IMG/VR virus record: IMGVR_UViG_3300033127_000053
Length of the DNA: 64,000 nucleotides
Strand: one strand, 5' to 3'
Origin: an uncultured virus (IMG/VR IMGVR_UViG_3300033127_000053)
Taxonomy: Duplodnaviria > Heunggongvirae > Uroviricota > Caudoviricetes
Of this stretch, positions 37,271 through 47,518 are shown in pieces. The translations under genes were made by a program, and so were the position numbers. The notes under the pieces are model-generated. The model worked only from the letters and a program-made list of their open reading frames with translations, was not told the DNA's origin and did no database searches. Every line of letters begins with the position of its first letter. Position 1 is the first letter of the stretch.

Positions 37271-39607
37271 TTAAGCTGGTGGTAGGGGCTGAGGCTTGAT
37301 GTAAGTGATTGTTAGTTTAGCTGGATCGTTTCTGATGCTTACACCAATGTTGTAGAGCAGTAAATCCCCGGTCGTATCTTCAACAATTGGTCTCACTGAA
37401 AAATTGTTATCACTAGAGCTTGCGGTAGCCACATTGGTGTAGGCGCTTGTCACGCCAGCATACTTCACAGCTACATCAATAGAGCCCATGTAGTAGCCAT
37501 TGGCCAAATGGTCGAGATGATTCGGCAGCGTAAAATCCCTCAATGACGTTTGCACATTCGGCATCGTGAACTCATAGGCTTCAATAATGATGTCGCTTGG
37601 GTCAGGATCATCCTGAATCGTCGGGGTGATGGTGGCGGTTTTAATGCCTGAGCCAATCGGATTGAGAAGGCTCACTTGCCCGTTAGCTTTGTGGGTGTGG
37701 CGAATCGATGCGGGCTGCACATCTATCGATGTGAGCCTTTTCCCGTTTGGAATATCGATAATATGATCGCCTGTTATTCCTGTTAATCCTTCGGCCAGAT
37801 TCCCACCGCCTGAGAATGTGCGATCGCCCAGTAATCGAACCGCATAGGATTCACAAGCAACCTGTCCCTCGGGAATGTTGACCCGTAGGTACTGCTCTGT
37901 AAGGACTTTAATCGATACAAGCCGTGTCGAACGGCTTTGCTCAGTAGTGCAAGTTAGAACCCCATTAGCCGCATCATCTACGGCAACTCTTAGCCGTAGG
38001 TACTGCGTGTCGAGCAACCATATGTAGAGCCCGCGCCCATTAGGAGAAACAAGCTTATCGCGCCTAACAAGTGAAATAGGGTTAGTGTCGGCAAAAGTCT
38101 CGTTTGTGTTGTAGTCGTCCTCTATTTCGATTTCTACAAAATCTCCCCTTGTGAAATCTATAGAGGTAGGGATGCGACCATTGCTAACAAAATCAATAGG
38201 GATCTCAGGCTCCCAACTTTGGCTGACTACCCTAGCCTTTTTAGTGGAATAAGCCGCGCTTAACGCTGTCATTCCTCGCCGTTTATCGTAGCGCTCGGGC
38301 ACAATGCCCAAGTCATAAGAGGCGGGCAACACAGCGCCGACCCAATCAGGGCCATAGCTCCCAAACCTGAGCTGCCCGCCCACACGGGTTGTGATTGCAA
38401 ACTTCAGAAAATAGCCCCCTTCAGGGCTCGTGCTCGTCTCTATAGTTTCCCAATTCGCATTGACGTCATTCGGCACAGCTACAGAGTCGATCACGGTCGC
38501 ATCGAGAGGTTTCCAAACACGCGCCAAGCTGTCGCCGCTGCCGTTAAAGGCAATTACCAAGCGATCGCTCGTCGTTTTACACCAAATTTCAAATTCTAGT
38601 CGGCCCCCATTAATCGGGGTGTGAGCATACGTGCCCGCGTTATTTATATCTAACTTCTGAGCCCGCATAGGCTCGTATCTTTCAGTGGAAAGTCCTATTA
38701 TTTCCTCTGAATCTGAGACCACGGTGTTGTTGTCAACAGGCGTTAGGTCCGCACCCATGAATTTATTTTCATTTGTGATGGAAGGCTCTACGCCATCACT
38801 TTGGGGAATTTCCCAAAGTTCCCAATTTCCTCCGCTCTCGATCAAGGTCCATGCAGCGATATCGCCCTTCGGTAGACTAACCATTTGAGCGCGATCGCCT
38901 GATAGGGTAAGGATTCTAATCCGCACACCGCCCACCACCGGGGCGGTAATGTTAACGGCACCCTCTGAGGTGTTGCGGACTACCGTCGTTAAACCCGAAT
39001 ACTCTTCAAGTAAGGCCTCTAAGTCTGCCGGTGTGTCGGCAGTGATTCCCTTAAACTCAGCGTTAGCGCTTGCGAAATATTGCCCCCCGATAGATAGCCC
39101 CTCAGTCGGGGCATTCCTGAATTTTTCACGTTGCCTTTCCCATTGATCTAAGTCGGCATAGGACAAAACGCCAATGTTTGAATAATTAGGGCTTTCAGGC
39201 GATCTCCATTCATCTTCCAGAGGTGACGCGCCTGTGATGGCATCAATCAGGCCCTTAAGTTCTGAAAGGGTGTCGGCGGATTCGTCCACACCGCCTTTAA
39301 GCTTGGTTTCTAAGGCTTCTAACTGCGTGGTGAGTTCGGTCTGAGTAATGCCACCCGTGCCACTGGCATTCTCCACAGCAGTTACACGCTGCACCAAGCC
39401 GCTAATGAGCGCGGAAACCTTGGGGAAAGTATCAGCCGTATCAGAGGCACCATTAGTGAGCAGATTGATCCGCGTGTAGGCCGTGGTCAAATCTTCCAAC
39501 ACATCTGCCATGAAAGCAGCTTGTGTTTGGTTCTCCGGCACTGGCGTGGTGTCGTCGTCTTTTGTACCCGGGACGAAATTTCCAGCGCGTGTGATATCTG
39601 CAACCAT
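37271..39607 (-). CDS. fibre-like structural protein
   Basis: N-terminal GAxxxxDTL/F repeats (GASDTADTF, GVDESADTLSEL) typical of phage fibres. Confidence 0.7.
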   Translation of the reverse strand: MVADITRAGNFVPGTKDDDTTPVPENQTQAAFMADVLEDLTTAYTRINLLTNGASDTADTFPKVSALISGLVQRVTAVENASGTGGITQTELTTQLEALETKLKGGVDESADTLSELKGLIDAITGASPLEDEWRSPESPNYSNIGVLSYADLDQWERQREKFRNAPTEGLSIGGQYFASANAEFKGITADTPADLEALLEEYSGLTTVVRNTSEGAVNITAPVVGGVRIRILTLSGDRAQMVSLPKGDIAAWTLIESGGNWELWEIPQSDGVEPSITNENKFMGADLTPVDNNTVVSDSEEIIGLSTERYEPMRAQKLDINNAGTYAHTPINGGRLEFEIWCKTTSDRLVIAFNGSGDSLARVWKPLDATVIDSVAVPNDVNANWETIETSTSPEGGYFLKFAITTRVGGQLRFGSYGPDWVGAVLPASYDLGIVPERYDKRRGMTALSAAYSTKKARVVSQSWEPEIPIDFVSNGRIPTSIDFTRGDFVEIEIEDDYNTNETFADTNPISLVRRDKLVSPNGRGLYIWLLDTQYLRLRVAVDDAANGVLTCTTEQSRSTRLVSIKVLTEQYLRVNIPEGQVACESYAVRLLGDRTFSGGGNLAEGLTGITGDHIIDIPNGKRLTSIDVQPASIRHTHKANGQVSLLNPIGSGIKTATITPTIQDDPDPSDIIIEAYEFTMPNVQTSLRDFTLPNHLDHLANGYYMGSIDVAVKYAGVTSAYTNVATASSSDNNFSVRPIVEDTTGDLLLYNIGVSIRNDPAKLTITYIKPQPLPPA

Positions 39608-39611
39608 TTTT

Positions 39612-40637
39612 TTATGCCGCTCCTACGTTCATACGGTCTGAAGTGTTCATACGGTCTGATGCGTTCATCTGTGTTTCAGGCGGCACATACCCCGGCAGTA
39701 GATGAGCGGGTGTGTTCTCTTCAAAGCTCACACGCCCTGGTATCTCTTCGAATTCCCAGCCCGTATCAGTGGCCACTGGATAGCGCCAAAAATCCACAGC
39801 TGCGCCCGATTGGATAATGACTTTTTCAGAATCCGTGGACTGCCTTAAGGTGTTTCTTATTGTGTCTGTGCTGGTGAGTTCGAGGGGACCATCGGACGCA
39901 TTAATATATTTGAGTGTTTCACCGTTGCCACCGACCGCCCCTGATAATCTTGTATTGACCGTAACGCTACGGATACCAGGGGCTAAGAAGCCTAAAGAAT
40001 CCTCTTCTGAATACTCAGGCACATAGGCGAATTCTCTGACCGATGATCCGCCTGCTGATAGTGGGATATAGAAATAAACACGCCGCGCACCACGCACGAA
40101 TTCAGAAAGAATCCGGGGACGTCTTGCATAGGCTCTAAAGCCTGTACCAGCATCGTCATAGGCCCTAATATCACCCTCATCATCTATCACCACGCGGTTT
40201 GCGTAGGCAATCGAACCACTAGCCGCAAACTCGCTAACTCTGCGTGTGATGTAGGGTAATGCGCCGCGTTCAGGAACATTCGCAAACCTAGCCTGCTCCC
40301 CTAACTGCCCAGCAGACCAAACAAACCTACTGGGGTTAGTTTCCGCTAGAGGCGCATTGGTTGAGGGCAAAAACACCACATCGTAGATTTTGCCTGATTT
40401 AGTGACGTGGTATAGCTGATGGTCATCGCTCCCTTCAGAGTGCACTAACAAAGGCAAATGCGTGTAGAAAGGCCTGCTTACACCATCGGCTCCAAAGTAG
40501 ATAACTTTGCCGTTGTCGCTGCGGATATAGCGGTTAAACCTGCGTTCCTCAAGGCTTAAACCTGCAATAGTTAGGGGACTCGAATAAGACTGAACTGTGA
40601 GCACCCGGCCAATAGAGGAAATGTTGATTTTTGCCAC
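39612..40637 (-). CDS. hypothetical structural protein
   Basis: 341-aa packed ORF; C-terminal SDRMN duplication. Confidence 0.7.
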   Translation of the reverse strand: MAKINISSIGRVLTVQSYSSPLTIAGLSLEERRFNRYIRSDNGKVIYFGADGVSRPFYTHLPLLVHSEGSDDHQLYHVTKSGKIYDVVFLPSTNAPLAETNPSRFVWSAGQLGEQARFANVPERGALPYITRRVSEFAASGSIAYANRVVIDDEGDIRAYDDAGTGFRAYARRPRILSEFVRGARRVYFYIPLSAGGSSVREFAYVPEYSEEDSLGFLAPGIRSVTVNTRLSGAVGGNGETLKYINASDGPLELTSTDTIRNTLRQSTDSEKVIIQSGAAVDFWRYPVATDTGWEFEEIPGRVSFEENTPAHLLPGYVPPETQMNASDRMNTSDRMNVGAA

Positions 40638-40640
40638 GGG

Positions 40641-41594
40641 TTAATCATCCTCCACAGTGAGACCCACATTATCTGCAATGCAAGACGGGTCAAGCGTGAA
40701 GTTCGGATTACCTTTAATATTCAAGGTTTTGAGCATGCCCAATCCCCTAAGTTGCGGGCATGAACCCTCCAGGCCTGAGTTCTCAAAATCCAACACCTCA
40801 AGCTCTGATAGGTCCAACAAATCGCCCGAGAAGGTTTTACAACCTCTAATTTCTAGGCCTATGACCACCTGCGCCGAATCTGCGTAAAGCGTAACGGTAG
40901 CGGTGTCCGCCGAATCTTGTGTGTAGAAATCAGCCTCATTGAGTAAATTCCCATCAGCATCAAACCACTGTAAGGACTCGGTAGCATCGCTTATGCTGGC
41001 AACCACTGAAAAATCTGTATCGCCCGTAGGCTCTAGTGTCACGGTTCCCGAGCCAGTATTTAACCAGCGCCCTTCATTGGCGTAGTCCCATCGCTGCGGA
41101 TCTGCGCCATCGGCTAAGCGCCTAAAGTGAATTAATCCAGAGACACCGACGTCGGGCCTATTGGATGAACGCGTAATCGAGCCCGAGACATCTGAACCCT
41201 GAGACGACGCGATATTAACGATTTCATCGTCGGTGGCTGTCGCACCCGCGCGATAATAAGCCACTGTCCCATTAACGTGAATTATCTCACCGACACTAGG
41301 CGTGAACCCAGTGCGGTTAATTCGGGCCTCTTCAGTCGCAAACGCGCGGGGCAAAACGTAATCGGCTACCTCCCAGTTATCCGGTTCACCCGAATCTGTC
41401 GTGCCGTCTTTCATCCGATAGACGCGCCCGTCGGCTTCATTTAATATTGTGTCGCCGGGGTCAGCGCTATCAGACGTAAGATCCGTAAGTTGAGAAACCG
41501 TACGATGTCTAACGATAGTAGGGTCGTTAGGCGCTTGAATAATCGTAGTGCTACCGCCGCCGCCGCCGCCGCCGCGCATGACACGAAATACCAC
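40641..41594 (-). CDS. hypothetical protein with C-terminal LRR-like repeats
   Basis: poly-Gly near the N-terminus; LEVLDFENSGLEG and LKTLNIKGN repeats. Confidence 0.65.
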   Translation of the reverse strand: MVFRVMRGGGGGGGSTTIIQAPNDPTIVRHRTVSQLTDLTSDSADPGDTILNEADGRVYRMKDGTTDSGEPDNWEVADYVLPRAFATEEARINRTGFTPSVGEIIHVNGTVAYYRAGATATDDEIVNIASSQGSDVSGSITRSSNRPDVGVSGLIHFRRLADGADPQRWDYANEGRWLNTGSGTVTLEPTGDTDFSVVASISDATESLQWFDADGNLLNEADFYTQDSADTATVTLYADSAQVVIGLEIRGCKTFSGDLLDLSELEVLDFENSGLEGSCPQLRGLGMLKTLNIKGNPNFTLDPSCIADNVGLTVEDD

Positions 41595-41597
41595 GGG

Positions 41598-41888
41598 TTA
41601 ATCCTCAAATTGCTGATAAGCGATCTCAGTAACTTCGGCTGTCGCTGAAACAGCCCTAAACGCCATGGCTTGTTCAGCACTTTCTAAATAAATTTCTTCG
41701 CCGACGTTAATGACCATCAATAGCAGCGATGTTTCTGGGTTCTCCGCTGTCGAGTAATTAACGGGCTCGGGTCCAAGCGCCAACACTTGGACCCGGTGTG
41801 CTCGTTCGTCCCAATTAATACCCTTTGAATTCCCGGCGTTACCGTTTAATTCTAAACGGGTACATTGTCCGATTGGCTTTTTGGCCAT
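41598..41888 (-). CDS. hypothetical protein
   Basis: 96-aa packed ORF. Confidence 0.65.
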   Translation of the reverse strand: MAKKPIGQCTRLELNGNAGNSKGINWDERAHRVQVLALGPEPVNYSTAENPETSLLLMVINVGEEIYLESAEQAMAFRAVSATAEVTEIAYQQFED

Positions 41889-41893
41889 GAGAT

Positions 41894-42367
41894 TTAGTCG
41901 CCGTAAATAGCTTGTAATTCCTCAAAATCAATCGTATCTTTTAACCCTGTAAGCTCGATAAGATTCTCAGGCGAAGTAAACCCGCCCTCGGGCATAGCGT
42001 CGAGAATCTTATCGGCGGTAGCTTTGCCTACATCAGTTAAAGTGATGAGGATTGTCGCTGTAGGTTTCCAAGGATCATGGCTAACCACATCGGGCTTTTT
42101 GGGCTCGTCACCTACCTTCTTATCAGCGTCGGCCTGTGCTGCCTCGCTGTTAGCCTGTTCAGCGTCGGTAAGTAAGCGCAGCCGGTTATTTTTAGTGAAA
42201 TGTAAGAATAACGAATCCTTACAAACCTTTGGCCAAGCAGACGCGCTAATAGTGTTATTACCGGGCGCAAGAGTACAACGACCATTAGGCCCGTAACCCT
42301 TACCCATCAACGTGATCGGACCTTTACGCGGGCTGTCAAAAAAGACTATTTTTTCTTTTGCTGGCAT
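41894..42367 (-). CDS. capsid-adjacent protein with C-terminal helix-hairpin-helix
   Basis: LITLTDVGKATADKIL...GGFTSPENL HhH motif. Confidence 0.7.
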   Translation of the reverse strand: MPAKEKIVFFDSPRKGPITLMGKGYGPNGRCTLAPGNNTISASAWPKVCKDSLFLHFTKNNRLRLLTDAEQANSEAAQADADKKVGDEPKKPDVVSHDPWKPTATILITLTDVGKATADKILDAMPEGGFTSPENLIELTGLKDTIDFEELQAIYGD

Positions 42368-42371
42368 AACT

Positions 42372-43400
42372 CTATGACTTGTTAAGAACGAACATACGCG
42401 CGCGCATTGGCTGATCGAATACTACCTCGCCTACACCGCACATACCATACACAGAATAGGTCAAGCCACCGTCGTTGGTGAATTGCGGCAGGTTGCGGAT
42501 AGGTGCGAATTTCTTCGTGATGCTATTGCGCACGTTGGCGTCAAACATCAGCATGATATCCGCGTCGGCTGCGATGGGAACACCGCCGATCTCAGTAAGG
42601 TTGCCCACTTCGGGATTCCGAATTTCTTCGCCCGACATCTCGTTAACGATGTTGATAGAGCTCAGTTTGCGAGTTCGTCGACCATTGCCAGTTGCACCAA
42701 GCAGAAGATCGCCGACTGTGCCGTCGCCCGAGCCATCACTAAAGCGTTTATCAAATGCGTTATTAACGTCTTCAGAGGTTAGAACGCTCGTCGCATTGGC
42801 TGTCAACTTATTCGCCTTACGGAAATTCGATGTTTCTTGGCGCATCCAATCATAAGCGTCGTTCGCCGTTTGGCCCGGCCCGGTGATGCCATTGTCGGCT
42901 GCGAGAACGTTAATGACTTCGACAAACGGGTTAGTAAATAGCCCGGCGAATTCCATGTCGTTGTCTTGCGATCCAAACAGGGTCGTGTAATGCATCCACT
43001 CGCGGAGACCTTTATCTAGAGCGCGTAGGTAGGACTGCACGACGGGCACGTTAGGCAGATATTGATTGCCCTGCGCTAGTTCTTCGCGTCTGAGTTCATC
43101 CCAAGTCCACTCTGCGGAAAGAATACCGATCATGGCCTTGGATTCACTCATGGTGAGTCCGTACTTAGCCGTTGGAATGGCTGTAGCCGTGCCGCCATAG
43201 CGTACCGCGCGGCCTGTAAAGTCTTGGCGGATAGTAGCATAGGACGGCGTGCCGATAGGAAGATCACCTATTGCTTGGTGATACCGACCCTCGAAACCCC
43301 AGTACTCAGGGTAAATCGTTTCACGAATCGTGTTGTCGTATTTGCGCAGGGATTCGGCTAGGAAATTCCCCGCTTGAATCATTTCACCTGAAGTTGTCAT
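42372..43400 (-). CDS. major capsid protein (DUF2184-like)
   Basis: 342 aa after the decoration gene; ETIYPE and FG...GLFTNP motifs. Confidence 0.8.
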   Translation of the reverse strand: MTTSGEMIQAGNFLAESLRKYDNTIRETIYPEYWGFEGRYHQAIGDLPIGTPSYATIRQDFTGRAVRYGGTATAIPTAKYGLTMSESKAMIGILSAEWTWDELRREELAQGNQYLPNVPVVQSYLRALDKGLREWMHYTTLFGSQDNDMEFAGLFTNPFVEVINVLAADNGITGPGQTANDAYDWMRQETSNFRKANKLTANATSVLTSEDVNNAFDKRFSDGSGDGTVGDLLLGATGNGRRTRKLSSINIVNEMSGEEIRNPEVGNLTEIGGVPIAADADIMLMFDANVRNSITKKFAPIRNLPQFTNDGGLTYSVYGMCGVGEVVFDQPMRARMFVLNKS

Positions 43401-43434
43401 TTAATAAATCCTCGAATGTAAGCGGAGAAAACAA

Positions 43435-43989
43435 TTAAGCAATGCGCATAACACCAGTACGAGTGCTCACGGCAACAGCCACAAAACCGGGCGCGCTGAT
43501 AGTCTCAGAAAATTCGAGATCAGGCAGCTCAAAGAAGTTAGCCGCAGCGCCCGCACGAACACGCCCCGCAGGGTTAGCGCCTACGGTTTGCTGTCGCACG
43601 AACACAGGGTCGCCGTATCGTACGGCAGTTTCAGACCACATGACGAAATCACCAAGCGTCGCCGTCTCAACAAGCTCCATGTCTGATTCTGGATAGCCAA
43701 GCTCGGGCGGGTTCGCCGCAGTGCTAGAGATCAGCGAATCATAAGACAAGCCGTGACGTTCAACGAAGATAGGCAGCGTCACGAAATCACCCGACGCAGG
43801 CGCGGCGGTTAAAGTCGTAATCTTATTTGTGTCGGGGTCATATGCCGCAATGCGACCAAACGGCAAAACACCCGCATTGCCGTTATAAAAGTTCTGCATT
43901 GCGCCCGCGACGCGCTGCCAATTGGCCGTCGCCGTTTGGCCTTCAGCTGCCCATTTAGGTTGTCTTGACCGGATAGTAGTTTGAACCAT
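43435..43989 (-). CDS. capsid decoration/cement protein
   Basis: LPFGR and GDPVFVR motifs; between protease and MCP. Confidence 0.7.
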   Translation of the reverse strand: MVQTTIRSRQPKWAAEGQTATANWQRVAGAMQNFYNGNAGVLPFGRIAAYDPDTNKITTLTAAPASGDFVTLPIFVERHGLSYDSLISSTAANPPELGYPESDMELVETATLGDFVMWSETAVRYGDPVFVRQQTVGANPAGRVRAGAAANFFELPDLEFSETISAPGFVAVAVSTRTGVMRIA

Positions 43990-44044
43990 AATCGTGATAA
44001 AGAGAGGGATTTACGAACAGAGTTAGCCTGTAACGTTTAGTTGA

Positions 44045-45355
44045 CTACGTCGTCGCAACTGACTTCATACCGTTAGCTTCAATTCGGCTACGTTGCTTAG
44101 ACATAGACTCGTCTGTGCCACCTGTGCCACCTGCGGGGCCGCTGGCCGATTGCATATTAAGCAGCGTTTCGAGCGCGTTAACCGAGTCCGCGTTTTGCGT
44201 TGTGGGGATATCTGACTTAATCGCATCCCAAAAAGCGTTGACATAGGCCGCGTCTTTGCCGTCTAAATTGATGCCGGGTTTAGCTTTGGCGATATATGCC
44301 CGTCTCCAATCGTCAGCGCTCCAACCGTAATCAATCTCAAATTCTTTAGAATCGGCGCGCAAGGTTGGCAGCGTCAGCATCATTGCTTCGAGTGTTTCCT
44401 TTCTCTCAGCGGCGATCGCGTTGCTATCAGCTTTGAACGAATCGCTGGTTTTAATCTTGTCTTCTAAGCCTGCGATTTTGCCTTCGGCGGTAGATAGCGC
44501 CGTCGCCGCGCTGTCTGCACGTTGGTTAGCCGTGGCCAGTTCGCCTGTGAGTGTGGTGACCTTAGCTTCGGACGCGGTGGCGCTATCTTTTAGCTGCGAG
44601 AACTCAGTTTGCAACGCGCTGACAGCATTCGCTAAACCTGCGAGATCAGGGCTATTACTATCGATGTTGTAAATCCGGTCTTTAACTTGGATAGATTTCA
44701 TAGGTAAAGGAGTGGTTTTGTGATCAACGTTTAGAGGTTTACCCGAGGGAATTGAGTTACCCCAAAAATTCCTATGCGCGTTTCCAGTCGGCGCAAGGTC
44801 GATAATTACCGCGTCTTTAGAATCCAACCTGAGACGAATATCTTGATCGCCGCGTCCCTCAGTGGGCAACAATAGCGCGTTGTGATCATAGGCGCGATTA
44901 AACTGCCAGATAATATTGGAGCCATCGGCTTGAAACTTGCCGACCTCATAGGCGGGGCTCATTTCAGGGAATAGCCCGCCGAATTCCTCAGCGGCTTTTT
45001 TAATCAGGCGATCGCCGCGCTGATCGGTGATGGTGCCAGCGACACACACCGTCCCTTCTTCTTCGTCGACGATAACTTCTTGCATCAACGAACCGATCAT
45101 CAAGCCTTCGGCGTTGCCGTCAAACCGTTTATTACTCGGATGCCCTAGCGTTATCGGCGAACCGTAAGCAGTGGCCAACGATGCCTCATCACGCAGTTGA
45201 TCTAGGCTGATCATCTCGCGGCGACGGCCAAACTTTTCACCGTCGTAGGTCCAATAATCAAGCGGTTTGTTAGCCTTACCCAACGTCACGAAGGCCTTTA
45301 ACAGACCACCCGGCGTTCGTTCCCATTCGAGTTTCTGTGAATCAAGCCTAAACAT
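44045..45355 (-). CDS. prohead protease/scaffold (DUF2213-like)
   Basis: TPGGLL, PITLGHP, EMSPAY, DHNAL..GR motifs and coiled-coil C-terminus. Confidence 0.85.
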   Translation of the reverse strand: MFRLDSQKLEWERTPGGLLKAFVTLGKANKPLDYWTYDGEKFGRRREMISLDQLRDEASLATAYGSPITLGHPSNKRFDGNAEGLMIGSLMQEVIVDEEEGTVCVAGTITDQRGDRLIKKAAEEFGGLFPEMSPAYEVGKFQADGSNIIWQFNRAYDHNALLLPTEGRGDQDIRLRLDSKDAVIIDLAPTGNAHRNFWGNSIPSGKPLNVDHKTTPLPMKSIQVKDRIYNIDSNSPDLAGLANAVSALQTEFSQLKDSATASEAKVTTLTGELATANQRADSAATALSTAEGKIAGLEDKIKTSDSFKADSNAIAAERKETLEAMMLTLPTLRADSKEFEIDYGWSADDWRRAYIAKAKPGINLDGKDAAYVNAFWDAIKSDIPTTQNADSVNALETLLNMQSASGPAGGTGGTDESMSKQRSRIEANGMKSVATT

Positions 45356-45394
45356 TACAATTTGATTGTTATGTGATTAGTCTTAAAATTCCCG

Positions 45395-47029
45395 CTAATA
45401 CTCTTCGTCCCAATAACGCGAGTTCATTGCCTTTACGTCGTATCCGCAAGCCTCTAAATACACCTTTATCGGAATAATCCCATCGACCGCGTCTTGACGC
45501 ATTTTCTCTAAAGGAACGCCGTCTTTAGAATCTGCACGCGATGACGAATTAGCCGAATTCGTTGGGGGATTATTCGGCGGGGCTGCGGGCTCAGGCGGGG
45601 CGATCGCCTGCTCATGTTTAGCCTTCCATCTCTCTTCGAGTATCGTTTGATACTTAGAATCGAGCGTCAATTCGAACCCATACTCGGCATCTCCATAGCG
45701 TGACTGCCTGTATTCCGCAGGATGTAGAGAATCAATCATCACGAGTATGCGCGCCGTCTCCGCGTGCAACTTCTCAAGTTCGGCCTGTTCCTTTTGGGTA
45801 TAGGTCATAGTGTCATGCCATGACCAATCGTAAACGTCCAAACCACGACCGCCCATGGGGCCGTCTTTAGCCGCGAAAATCAGCGTCAGCAACTTATCCA
45901 AATTAGGCGTAAAATGCTGACGCTGATAATTTTCGATTAACTGCGCGAATTCCTTACGATCAGATAGACCCGATTCACTAAATACACCTTGCTCGGGTGA
46001 GCCTACCAACTTCGTTCGAGGTAGCCCCGACTCTGCGATCAGCACTTCTTCCAAAAAATCTAAGATGTCGCGGACGCCTGCATACTGGCGCGATATCCAC
46101 CCGACCTGTTCATGCTCGGAATCGTGAATAATGCCTCGCGAAATCGACATTGACGCTTGCATAGATAGAAATCTATGGGTAAGCGATTCAGTAATTTCTT
46201 TGCGCTGTTCAGTGGTCGCAGCGCGCATCATGTCGGCGAGTCCTTGCAGACCATAAGAAAATACGTTGTAGTCGCTGAGCATGCCCGACGACGAGCCGTA
46301 TCCCTGAAAGAAATTACTGAATGAATGAAAAATTGATGTGATGACCGAATCGTTATAACCGCTAGTATCTTCTAAGGCTATCTCGTCTAGTTTGACGCCT
46401 GAGAAACGCAAGATACGCGACTTATGGATCCGACGCGGTATCACCTTTTCATCTTCGGGAAACTTGCGTGGATCCATCGAAAACATGTAATGCTCAGGAT
46501 CCTCGAATGACGTGTCGGTCACCGGCGTTAGGTCATACCGCGTCATCGGCTTAAGCCATTTAATCGTTTGGATGTTATTGACGTCGACTTCTTCATTCCA
46601 CAGCCGACCATCGACGATACCCATCACTAGGTAATAGTCGCCGTGTTGCCGCGACCTACACCCCGCCTTCGAGAATAGGTCGCGAACTTTTAACCGCTTT
46701 TCGTAGGCGTCGTAGGATTCAGTGTTGATCTTGTTGCCATCGGCTAGCGACAATTCGCCCCATTTAACGACGGCTTCAGTCGGTAGTAAGTCGGTTATCT
46801 TGCGGATGATTAGAGACTTGCGATAGACGTTTGAAAGCTGCCTACGGGATAGCTGCGCAATCTCAGTAACCTCGCCGCCTGCGGTCTTATCGCGTGATGT
46901 TCCCAGTCCTGTATTTTGATTAGTAATTGGCCCGGCGGCTATCTGCGCGGCCATCAGCGACCCGTCGGCGTTGTACATCCTAAACGGCTTTACAAGTGCG
47001 GTTTCAGTTGGCGCGGTGATAGAGGCCAT
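45395..47029 (-). CDS. portal protein (DUF1073-like)
   Basis: TGLGTSRDK, RIHKSRILRF and PRTKLVGS motifs. Confidence 0.88.
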   Translation of the reverse strand: MASITAPTETALVKPFRMYNADGSLMAAQIAAGPITNQNTGLGTSRDKTAGGEVTEIAQLSRRQLSNVYRKSLIIRKITDLLPTEAVVKWGELSLADGNKINTESYDAYEKRLKVRDLFSKAGCRSRQHGDYYLVMGIVDGRLWNEEVDVNNIQTIKWLKPMTRYDLTPVTDTSFEDPEHYMFSMDPRKFPEDEKVIPRRIHKSRILRFSGVKLDEIALEDTSGYNDSVITSIFHSFSNFFQGYGSSSGMLSDYNVFSYGLQGLADMMRAATTEQRKEITESLTHRFLSMQASMSISRGIIHDSEHEQVGWISRQYAGVRDILDFLEEVLIAESGLPRTKLVGSPEQGVFSESGLSDRKEFAQLIENYQRQHFTPNLDKLLTLIFAAKDGPMGGRGLDVYDWSWHDTMTYTQKEQAELEKLHAETARILVMIDSLHPAEYRQSRYGDAEYGFELTLDSKYQTILEERWKAKHEQAIAPPEPAAPPNNPPTNSANSSSRADSKDGVPLEKMRQDAVDGIIPIKVYLEACGYDVKAMNSRYWDEEY

Positions 47030-47044
47030 AGTTTAAAACAACGA

Positions 47045-47509
47045 CTAAACGACGAATGCAGTAGGGAAGGCTAGATACGTACCAGCGGTGGTACCTGTTC
47101 CCGAGTCACCACAGCACGACGCCTTAAGATCACAACCACAGTGAGCATCTAGCGCTAGTTGTGAATTATACGCGCTTGGCACTTCGAGCCCATAGGCCGC
47201 ATCTAGCGCGACCTGTTCTTCTAAAAACGACTGAACCATAATGAACAGGTTAGTAAACTCAGCGCCGTCACCTTTCTTTAGTGTTTGGTCAGCTCGGTTA
47301 CGCTGCAACTGACGCGCCGCCACATAATAAGGCCTAAAATAAGTCGTTCCCTGTATGCCTTTAGTGCCCGCCGCGCCCGTCGAGAGTGCAGACGAATCGT
47401 GTAGCAACTGCTCGATGAGCCCGCGTTTGACCTCGCTGTCGATGGTCACGAGCTTAACGACCATGTCAATCATTTGAACATTATCCGTATAGTCGTATCT
47501 CTGCGCCAT
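47045..47509 (-). CDS. hypothetical protein (possible head-tail connector)
   Basis: lies between terminase and portal; YFRPYYVAA motif. Confidence 0.6.
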   Translation of the reverse strand: MAQRYDYTDNVQMIDMVVKLVTIDSEVKRGLIEQLLHDSSALSTGAAGTKGIQGTTYFRPYYVAARQLQRNRADQTLKKGDGAEFTNLFIMVQSFLEEQVALDAAYGLEVPSAYNSQLALDAHCGCDLKASCCGDSGTGTTAGTYLAFPTAFVV

Positions 47510-47518
47510 AATCAGTTC

